Of a DNA stretch of 64,000 bases, positions 29,246 to 36,236 are shown in pieces (the stretch's first letter is position 1; every line of letters begins with the position of its first letter). This DNA is from Muribaculaceae bacterium (GTDB lineage: Bacteria > Bacteroidota > Bacteroidia > Bacteroidales > Muribaculaceae): the NCBI GenBank assembly GCA_029061255.1, contig JAIDSL010000098.1, positions 71,921 to 135,920 on the forward strand, given 5' to 3'. The notes under the pieces were generated by a model. That model ran no database searches. It saw nothing but the letters and a program-made list of their open reading frames with translations, and had not been told where the DNA came from. The position numbers were made by a program, and so were the translations under genes.

Positions 29246-29310
29246 CAAAATTATATAAAAAGTTTAAACTTTATCTTTCCGTAATGTTAAAAGATGTTAA
29301 ATTATGCAAA
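29246..29310 (-). promoter_or_regulatory. PUL promoter -7 box with upstream helically phased direct repeats
   Basis: TAATTTTG at 29246-29253 (minus), no TTTG at -33; ATGTTAA/ATGTTAA/ATGCAAA at 29284, 29294, 29304. Confidence 0.5.
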
Positions 29311-29350
29311 ATGCTATAATTTTTTGATAATTTCCTAAGAAGGAGATATT

Positions 29351-30247
29351 TCATTGATCAGTATTTTTTTTGCTTCGTGGATGTGCGGCATCGTAGGCCT
29401 TCTTCATATCTGAGAAGGTAAGATGGGTATATATCTGTGTTGATTGAAGCGAGGAATGTCCTAATAATTCCTTTACTGAATTGATTTCCGCTCCATTGTT
29501 AAGTAGCGATGTGGCAAATGTATGTCGAAGGGAGTGTGGACTCTTATGGGTAGCTCCTGTCGGCATAAGAAGTTTATGTACTATGCCGTATATTGCTTGT
29601 CCAGATAGTTTTCCGTGTTTCGAGCATATTAGTGGAGCAGGTGCAGGAAAGGAGTAGAGACTGTCGCGCACCGTTTGCCATTCTTTTATTTCGTCAAGTA
29701 GCTCGTCGGCAATCGGTATGATTCTTGTTTTGTCGCGTTTGCCGTGTACTCTGATCTCTTTCTGGTGGAAGTCTATGTCAGCATCAGTGATTTTTGCAAG
29801 TTCGTCGCGGCGTATGCCACAGGAGTAGAGGATGTTGATTATAAGTTTATTGCGAATATTGAGAGCCGGGTCTCCTCCAAGTATTGGACTCTCAAGGAGT
29901 TCTTCCATTTCCTGTTCCCTTACGAATTCCGGAAGTTTGCGCCCTATCTTTGCAAGTTGCACCTCAGCGGCAGGATTTGTAGCCATTCCGCGTTGCTTCT
30001 GCATCCACCGGAAGAAGGCTCGTGCAGCTTGGGTCTTACGCCTTAGGCTCCGTGGTGAGATTCCATTGCGGGCCATGTCGGCAAGCCATGCGCGCACATC
30101 TGTCGTGGAGATAGTCGATGCGTCCTCCATCTCCTCCCCCTTGCCAAGGAAAGCACTTAGCTCCCGCAAGTCGCGCCCATATGCTTCCACTGTGAGCTTG
30201 CTTCGGTTAAGCTCAAGCCCCATATATGTCAGAAACTCACTTATCAT
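29351..30247 (-). CDS. xerC: Tyrosine recombinase XerC-like
   Basis: LYSCGIRRDE, GKRDKTR, HSLRHTFATSLL, LLGHSSLQSTQIYTH; downstream of rpsU; the upstream MCIMNYEL extension is repeat-derived. Confidence 0.85.
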   Translation of the reverse strand: MISEFLTYMGLELNRSKLTVEAYGRDLRELSAFLGKGEEMEDASTISTTDVRAWLADMARNGISPRSLRRKTQAARAFFRWMQKQRGMATNPAAEVQLAKIGRKLPEFVREQEMEELLESPILGGDPALNIRNKLIINILYSCGIRRDELAKITDADIDFHQKEIRVHGKRDKTRIIPIADELLDEIKEWQTVRDSLYSFPAPAPLICSKHGKLSGQAIYGIVHKLLMPTGATHKSPHSLRHTFATSLLNNGAEINSVKELLGHSSLQSTQIYTHLTFSDMKKAYDAAHPRSKKNTDQ

Positions 30248-30253
30248 TTTTTC

Positions 30254-30358
30254 AATGCATAATTCATAATTCATAATGCACAATGCAAAATGCTAATTCA
30301 AATGGAGAAATAAAGCGTGTCAGCCTAATTATGAATTATGCATTATGAATTTTGCATT
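30254..30358. repeat. Inverted pair of heptamer arrays (AATKCAT)n ... (MATTATG)n
   Basis: About 5 units at 30254-30288 and about 4.5 units at 30327-30358 in opposite orientation. Confidence 0.85.
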
Positions 30359-30407
30359 ACAGTAATTGGTCGCATTTTCCAATAAGAAAATGCGACCAAT
30401 TACTGTA
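30358..30407. terminator. Perfect 22-bp hairpin after rpsU (terminator or processing/stability stem)
   Basis: TACAGTAATTGGTCGCATTTTC-CAATAA-GAAAATGCGACCAATTACTGTA; no clear U tract. Confidence 0.5.
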
Positions 30408-30432
30408 TAGTATCGTAGTGTAGGCAGGTCGA

Positions 30433-30624
30433 TTACTCCTCGTTCTGACGCAGCTGCTGCACGTAGATAGCCTTGATCATTTTCTTGCGGTTGGTTACCG
30501 ATGGCTTTTCAAATGCCTGACGGCTGCGGAGTTCTTTTACGATTCCTGTGCGCTCGAATTTGCGCTTGAATTTCTTGAGGGCTTTCTCGATGTTCTCGCC
30601 TTCTTTTACGGGTACGATAATCAT
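30433..30624 (-). CDS. rpsU: 30S ribosomal protein bS21
   Basis: MIIVPVKEGENIEKALKKFKRKFERTG...FEKPSV; 63 aa from ATG 30624. Confidence 0.96.
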   Translation of the reverse strand: MIIVPVKEGENIEKALKKFKRKFERTGIVKELRSRQAFEKPSVTNRKKMIKAIYVQQLRQNEE

Positions 30625-30710
30625 GCTTTTGTTTTCTTGTTTTATGGGTTTGTATATATATTTCGGTTGTAATCGGAAGATGCACCATGTGCATATCCCG
30701 TTTGCGGTTG

Positions 30711-30741
30711 CAAAATTACTCATAATCCGCAACCTGACAAA
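30711..30741 (-). promoter_or_regulatory. rpsU proximal promoter
   Basis: TTTG-N19-TAATTTTG. Confidence 0.7.
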
Positions 30742-30777
30742 ATTTTTCGGCTAAAAAATTGAATCTTTTCTATTTTT

Positions 30778-30804
30778 TCAGTCGTCTACAACCTCCTTCC
30801 GCAT
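30778..30804 (-). other. Candidate 8-codon micro-ORF MRKEVVDD containing AAGGAGGT
   Basis: A-rich initiation context AACTAAAAAATC-ATG, about 35 nt downstream of a consensus promoter. Confidence 0.35.
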
Positions 30805-30845
30805 GATTTTTTAGTTGATGATGTTTATTATCTCTTTTTCGTTTG

Positions 30846-30877
30846 CAAAATTATAAATTTTTTTTGACTTCGCCAAA
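30846..30877 (-). promoter_or_regulatory. Distal promoter upstream of the micro-ORF and rpsU
   Basis: TTTG-N20-TAATTTTG. Confidence 0.65.
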
Positions 30878-30893
30878 TAAATCGCCTATACAT

Positions 30894-30931
30894 ATCGCGA
30901 TACGCAAATCGCACTACGCGATACGCACTAC
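30894..30931. repeat. TACGCRN-type heptamer array abutting a stop codon
   Basis: atcgcga tacgcaa atcgcac tacgcga tacgcac tac next to TGA at 30932. Confidence 0.75.
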
Positions 30932-31357
30932 TCACTTATCCATCAAAAGTCTTGTCGATTCAAGAATAGGCAGATTCGATTCCGTAGGCACATATATGAC
31001 AGTCTTATTATTAAGGTCTGACTGTTGGCGTACCCAGAGATACTGGATATAGGTAGGCGTAATGCTGCCGTTCTCGATTCTGATTGCTTCTGCCGCTCCT
31101 TTCGCGCGTTCGATTTCAGCCTGCGCATTAAGCTTCTCAGCCTCGAGATTGGCTTTCGCCTCCTCAATCTTGATCTTGCGGTTCTGCTCAGCTTTGGCGA
31201 ACTCCGCCTTCCCTTCCATCTCCTGGCTCCATACGTTATACCATGGACGGATGAAAGCCATGGCTACGATAATGAATACGATTGCTCCCACACCCCAAAA
31301 AGCCTTCTTGATGATGGCCGGGGTAAACTGATTGTTGTAGTGATTGTTTGAATACAT
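30932..31357 (-). CDS. Small single-TM coiled-coil protein resembling the C-terminal part of SPFH/prohibitin-type proteins
   Basis: One TM helix, A/E/K-rich coiled coil (AEIERAKGAAEA), YIQYLW...VIYVPTESNLPILE. Confidence 0.65.
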   Translation of the reverse strand: MYSNNHYNNQFTPAIIKKAFWGVGAIVFIIVAMAFIRPWYNVWSQEMEGKAEFAKAEQNRKIKIEEAKANLEAEKLNAQAEIERAKGAAEAIRIENGSITPTYIQYLWVRQQSDLNNKTVIYVPTESNLPILESTRLLMDK

Positions 31358-31425
31358 AGTTGTAAAGTGTTTAAGTTATAAGTTGTCAGTTATAAGTTAT
31401 AAGGGAAGATAACTTATTGATATTG

Positions 31426-31457
31426 CAAATATACAATATTATAGTCTGTCATGCAAA
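31426..31457 (-). promoter_or_regulatory. Promoter for the 141-aa gene
   Basis: TTTG-N20-TATATTTG. Confidence 0.65.
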
Positions 31458-31534
31458 CAATCTGCAACGTTTCAGTCAAAACCCAACTCGAATGTTTTAT
31501 TTTCCCTGCAATCTTGCATATAAGAATGAAATAG

Positions 31535-31567
31535 AAAAACGGCAGCCATCTTCACAGACGACTGCCG
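31535..31567 (-). terminator. Intrinsic terminator with TGTGAA loop
   Basis: Minus strand CGGCAGTCGTC-TGTGAA-GATGGCTGCCG-TTTTT. Confidence 0.75.
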
Positions 31568-31639
31568 CTAAGTGCTTTCCATAATACATTTTACTAACCT
31601 AACATCATGAAACTAATTTCTTTCTTATATCAATTAAAC

Positions 31640-31681
31640 AACCAACATCGCAAATGGTTTAATTGCGATGTCGGTTTTTTT
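31640..31681 (+). terminator. Terminator-like hairpin with U tract on the plus strand
   Basis: AACCAACATCGCAA..TTGCGATGTCGGTT followed by a T run. Confidence 0.55.
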
Positions 31682-31721
31682 GAGTTGGAAGTTGTAAGCT
31701 GTTAGCGCTGAGCTATCTGGT

Positions 31722-32477
31722 TTATTGGAAGTCGATGTTTTTCGACTGTTGCTTAAGTTTCCTCTGTTGTAGACGGTATAGTTTTTGTTTGCGGTCTTCC
31801 TTAATTGTGCTTTTCCCTTTCCCTTGTATGTCGATGCCTACATTGAGGAGAAGGAAATCTCTATTGGAGAAGAAAGTCGTGTTGCCTATTAGGATTTCTC
31901 TTCTCAACAGCGGAACATAGGAAACGCCAAGGTTGAGACCTGAGCTTTTCCCAATTTTCAATCTGACTCCCGCAGAGACTTGAACATACATACCATCGCC
32001 AGACTTCATCCAACCAGCAGCTTTATATGCAGGATTCGTAATCGATTGAGCCCTGCAGTTGACGTAGCCTTCCATGCCTAACTGATAGCCGAGCCTTAAA
32101 TCTGCATATGGCGTCACTTTCCTGCTGATGTCCAGATCCCATCTTATGTCTACGAAGAGAGGGATTGAAATCAAGTTGTTTTTGGCTGAGCCATTGCTGG
32201 GAGCTTCGTCTGCCCCCATCTTATGAGCATTCTTCCATTCGCAGTTTACTCCTACGCCTACGCCTGCGAAAAGCCATGGCTTGAATTGGCATCCATGGGC
32301 TGTGCTAAACATACCTGCGAATGTGGTCTGTTTATTCTTGAACTCTCCGGTGGAGGTCCGCATTCTTTCATTGGCAAAGACCGGACCGCCTCCTATGTCA
32401 AACATACCTCTATAGTTCGAAGCATAGCACGGCATCGAAAGAATCAATACTGCAAATAAGAAAATGAGTTTTTTCAT
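31722..32477 (-). CDS. Putative small outer-membrane beta-barrel protein with a basic C-terminal tail
   Basis: Signal peptide MKKLIFLFAVLILSMPCYA; TAHGCQF.PWLFAGVGVG, IPLFVDIRW, PYADLRLGY amphipathic strands. Confidence 0.65.
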   Translation of the reverse strand: MKKLIFLFAVLILSMPCYASNYRGMFDIGGGPVFANERMRTSTGEFKNKQTTFAGMFSTAHGCQFKPWLFAGVGVGVNCEWKNAHKMGADEAPSNGSAKNNLISIPLFVDIRWDLDISRKVTPYADLRLGYQLGMEGYVNCRAQSITNPAYKAAGWMKSGDGMYVQVSAGVRLKIGKSSGLNLGVSYVPLLRREILIGNTTFFSNRDFLLLNVGIDIQGKGKSTIKEDRKQKLYRLQQRKLKQQSKNIDFQ

Positions 32478-32480
32478 AGA

Positions 32481-32530
32481 AAATATGGTTTTATTCCACA
32501 AAGATAGTGGAATAAAACCATATTTGCAAA
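32481..32530 (-). promoter_or_regulatory. Promoter whose -7 box lies in the spacer of a perfect 19-bp inverted repeat
   Basis: AAATATGGTTTTATTCCAC-AAAGATA-GTGGAATAAAACCATATTT; TTTG-N20-TATCTTTG on the minus strand. Confidence 0.75.
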
Positions 32531-32598
32531 TTACGTAGCAAAAAAGACTGAATTTGTCATCAGCCATGCAATCTAAAGCAAGGGCGTCTGAGCAAAGA

Positions 32599-35500
32599 TC
32601 ACTTCTTCATCACTTTGGCTGTGCGTGTGCCTTCGCTAAGGAGATAGATGCCGGGTGCAAGACGATTGAAGCCGACGTAGTTGCCGATGTAGCGACCCTG
32701 AAGGTCGAATATTTGGGCTGCCGGTGAGAATGTACCCGACGCCTCTTCGATGGTGAGGACACCGGTGTGTTCAGTGTCTACGCGGAAAAGTCGCAGGTTG
32801 CTGAAGAGGAACCAGTCAGCATCGACGATCTTGTCTTTGCTGAAGCAAATCTTGAGCTTGCCGTCTTTGACGTATGTCATCAGGTAATTGGCATAGTGGT
32901 CAGAAGATTTTGCGAATACGTCTCTTGCCTCTTCCATGCTGTTAGGCGCGCCCCACCAGTAGCCATCGTGTGTCTCACCCATAAGCGATACTACGGGTTT
33001 CGACATTTCGTTGAGGTTGAATAGGGTGTGAAGTTCTTCGCTGCCGTCCGAGTGTCGGGCTGCTGCCGTCGGGTGATCACCGTTGCGGTAGTAAGCCTGG
33101 GCATAGAGCATATACCAGCCGTCGTCAAGACCTTCCACTGTCTGGTAAACGTTGAACTTGGAGTTGAACATCTCCGCAACATTGGCGCGGACCACGATAT
33201 TGCCGAACCAGCCTGAATTGTCACCGTCTTTCTTGAAGTCGGGGTTCTGTATCTTGCTTGTTAGTTCGTTGCCTTCGATCATGAGTCCTTTATAATAGGT
33301 GTCCATAGCGCCCTTGAGAACTGGGATAGCAGCTTTGATCTTCTCCATATCGTCAGATTGCAGACCTGCCTCGGCTGCCTCGACAGCCACACGAAGGGCA
33401 TCATAGCCGGGAACATCGTCAAGCATTACGGTGCGCGCCTCCTTGATCATGGAGCGGAGTGCAGCGAAGTTGCCGCTCACCCTCTCTGCAGCATCGAGCA
33501 CAACTGGCTCGCATGTGTAAGAAGGTGCTGGGATCTCCATGGCAGCCTCTGCGGGGTCGGCCTTGATCCTCACGATGGTGAATGAGTAAGGCTCAAAGGT
33601 GTAGCTTAACTTATCAGTTACTCCATCTACGGTTGACTGCACGGGTGAGATGAGCTTTGGCATAGCGTAGGAGTTCTCATCGTAGAGCGATTCAGCTTTG
33701 AGAGTCTCGACGTTGGCAGTGCCGGCAATGTTCTTGGCATTGAGGGCGACTGTGAGGGGAAGAGGCTCTTTCTCGGCGTTGACTACTTTCACAACGATCT
33801 CTCCTGCTTCGGAATCGTATCCGGTATGGGTGTTGATGCGGCCTCCTACAGCCTGGGTGAGGTCGGCTTTGCAATAGAGTTGATCGTCGATGAATGCCTC
33901 GACCTGACCGTTTTTAAGCACAACCTTGAGTTTATACCAGCGGTTGTTCTCGATTCTCAACTTGGGTTGCTCGGAGATTAGGGCACCCCCGCCGTTTGTC
34001 ACATTCTCAATGCCGGCAGAAGCGTTGTTCCATCCCCCTACATTGAAGTGATAGTAGTGATCCCAGTCGCCGTCATTGCATCCGAATACGAGGAGGAATC
34101 CCTCGTTGCCCGAGGTTTTGCATGCTTCGACCTCGATGACACCGTCGCGGAATGATAGTCCGTTCATGAGGGTGATGCATCGTGTCTTGTTAGGATCGCT
34201 CTGTCGGTATTCTCCATCATCGGTGAGGCCCCATGTGCCTTGCATGTCGGTCCATTCACCGCGGTTGTTGGCGAAATCGGCAGTATAAAGCACTTTGCCG
34301 TTGTGGTCTGAGACCTTGAAGTTGCGGAACTTGGCGGCAGTCGACCATGTCCCTATACCGGCGCGGCCGTTATAGGGCACACCTAAGCGCTCGCTCTGTA
34401 GCTCACCTTTTATATTATAGGAGGGAACATTTTCGGAAAACATCTTTTGGTTGTAGTAAGAGGCGCGGCCGAAAGATTCGCCTGAGCGGAGCCAGAGGAG
34501 GTTGCATCGCCAGTTGACTGCGTTGCTGTTTTGGATGAGGGGTGCGTAAGAAGCCATCTTTACGATATCGGAGTTGCGCTCCATGTCTATCATGAAGCAA
34601 GCCTCTGAGAGTGTGGCATCCATGTTGCCGTCGCCTACCAATGCGTTTGTGGCATACTCACCGACGTAGATGTTGTAATGTCCGCGTGGTGCCTTATCGA
34701 AGATGTTGCGGTTGTTGTAGAAATATTCAGGCTCCACATACCAGTGTGGGTCGATCATGTCTTCTCCCAACCTGAGATTGAATTCCTCTGCATGTTCGAT
34801 ACCCATTGTATTGAGGTAGATGAGCTGAGGATATTCGGCTTTCAGTTTATTATAGATATACTTGAAGTTGGCATCATAGCAGGCACCCCAGTTCTCATTG
34901 CCGATCTCTACATATTTCAGAGGGAATGGTGCGGGGTGTCCGGCATCGGCGCGAAGCTTCGCCCACTCGTTGGTGGCGGGATCGCCGATGGCATATTCGA
35001 TAGCGTCCTTGATGTCCTGATAGTAAGGGTCGAGGGCTTCGGCTCCGCTTACATATTCTTTGTTCCAGCAAGCGAGTCCGGTGTTGCCTACAAACATGCA
35101 TTCCATACCGGTGTCCTCGCAAAACTGAAGGATCTCGTGATAGCCCATGCCCCATGTGGAGCGATAGCCCCAGAGGTCATATTCTCCGCGGCGGGTCATG
35201 GGATCGCCGAGGGTCTCTTTCCATTTCACACGGTTTTCGAGAGTGATGCCTTCTACGATGCATCCGCCTGGCCAACGCATGAATTTCGGTTTGAGGTCAG
35301 CAAGTAGCTGGGCCACGTCCTTGCGCATGCCGTTAGGTCGCCCCTTGAAGGTATCTTGAGGGAACAGCGATACATAGTCAACATATATGTTGCCATTGCC
35401 CGTGAAGACGAGGGCAAAGTTGGCATCGTTGACGGTCTCCGGGGAAGTCATGACAGCGGTGTATTCCTTCCATTCTCCGGATTTGTCAACATCAAATTCT

Positions 35501-36111
35501 TTTTCAGCAAGCACCTTGGAGCAGTCTGCATCATAAATGATAGCTTTGACCTTGCCGCTATAGTCGGAGGTGTTGAGATAGAAGCGGAGGTCATATTTCC
35601 CGTCTTTATCAAGGGCAATACCCCAGTAGCCTGTGTTGATGAGACGTGCACGGGCTCCATCTTTGGCTCCGCTGATGGCGAGGCTCATTGCATTCGGGGT
35701 ATTCTCATGCAGAGGTTTGGCGGGTGTGACTACGTCGTGGGAAACAGAGCACCCTTCACTGTCTATTTTCCATCCGGTCATTTTTTTCTTTGCGAAATCC
35801 CAATCGAAGGTCAACTGGTTCTCAGCACGGTAACTCCACATTTCTGTTACCTTATTGGTCTGGATCTTGGTGTCGCTGATCTTGTTGAAGCCGCCGGGCA
35901 TGACTTGCTCTTCGAACCCTCTGTTCTGGATGAGTTCAGCGTAAAGTCCGCCGTCGCCTGAATGGTTGATCTCTTCAAAGAAGATGCCATACATACCGGG
36001 ATTGATATCGTGCCCCTTGGTGCCGGCATCTACATAAAGGGTGCCTTGCGCACTTGCTAAAAACGTCGAAGACAGCAGCAAGCCTGTAGCTAAAGAATAA
36101 AGTTTAATCAT
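32599..36111 (-). CDS. Multimodular GH51 alpha-L-arabinofuranosidase with T9SS-like C-terminal domain
   Basis: GIFFEEINHSGDGGLYAELIQNRGFE, RWPGGC, EIGNEN, YVGEYA, MASYAPL; C-terminus IFDLQGR...LAPGIYLL...KVMKK. Confidence 0.88.
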   Translation of the reverse strand: MIKLYSLATGLLLSSTFLASAQGTLYVDAGTKGHDINPGMYGIFFEEINHSGDGGLYAELIQNRGFEEQVMPGGFNKISDTKIQTNKVTEMWSYRAENQLTFDWDFAKKKMTGWKIDSEGCSVSHDVVTPAKPLHENTPNAMSLAISGAKDGARARLINTGYWGIALDKDGKYDLRFYLNTSDYSGKVKAIIYDADCSKVLAEKEFDVDKSGEWKEYTAVMTSPETVNDANFALVFTGNGNIYVDYVSLFPQDTFKGRPNGMRKDVAQLLADLKPKFMRWPGGCIVEGITLENRVKWKETLGDPMTRRGEYDLWGYRSTWGMGYHEILQFCEDTGMECMFVGNTGLACWNKEYVSGAEALDPYYQDIKDAIEYAIGDPATNEWAKLRADAGHPAPFPLKYVEIGNENWGACYDANFKYIYNKLKAEYPQLIYLNTMGIEHAEEFNLRLGEDMIDPHWYVEPEYFYNNRNIFDKAPRGHYNIYVGEYATNALVGDGNMDATLSEACFMIDMERNSDIVKMASYAPLIQNSNAVNWRCNLLWLRSGESFGRASYYNQKMFSENVPSYNIKGELQSERLGVPYNGRAGIGTWSTAAKFRNFKVSDHNGKVLYTADFANNRGEWTDMQGTWGLTDDGEYRQSDPNKTRCITLMNGLSFRDGVIEVEACKTSGNEGFLLVFGCNDGDWDHYYHFNVGGWNNASAGIENVTNGGGALISEQPKLRIENNRWYKLKVVLKNGQVEAFIDDQLYCKADLTQAVGGRINTHTGYDSEAGEIVVKVVNAEKEPLPLTVALNAKNIAGTANVETLKAESLYDENSYAMPKLISPVQSTVDGVTDKLSYTFEPYSFTIVRIKADPAEAAMEIPAPSYTCEPVVLDAAERVSGNFAALRSMIKEARTVMLDDVPGYDALRVAVEAAEAGLQSDDMEKIKAAIPVLKGAMDTYYKGLMIEGNELTSKIQNPDFKKDGDNSGWFGNIVVRANVAEMFNSKFNVYQTVEGLDDGWYMLYAQAYYRNGDHPTAAARHSDGSEELHTLFNLNEMSKPVVSLMGETHDGYWWGAPNSMEEARDVFAKSSDHYANYLMTYVKDGKLKICFSKDKIVDADWFLFSNLRLFRVDTEHTGVLTIEEASGTFSPAAQIFDLQGRYIGNYVGFNRLAPGIYLLSEGTRTAKVMKK

Positions 36112-36199
36112 AAAATGTAAAAAAAATTAAGTTTCACATTTATTAGATGTAATGAATTAAGTACATAACTGTTTTATCGTTTGAATTTCAGGGTCTAAC

Positions 36200-36231
36200 A
36201 ATTATGCATTATGCATTATGAATTATGCATT
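36200..36231. repeat. (MATTATG)n heptamer array just after the fbp stop
   Basis: aattatg cattatg cattatg aattatg catt. Confidence 0.85.
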
Positions 36232-36236
36232 CCTGT

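Noticed and set aside
8419-29292. Phase-variable invertible segment with recombination sites at both ends
   Set aside because: The only similarity (AACTTT(T)ATCTT..CC...TGTTA near 8420 and 29267) is loose, AT-rich and in direct rather than inverted orientation
29351-30247. Integrase of a mobile island carrying the PUL
   Set aside because: XerC-sized, in the usual position after rpsU; no att repeats, tRNA or transfer genes seen
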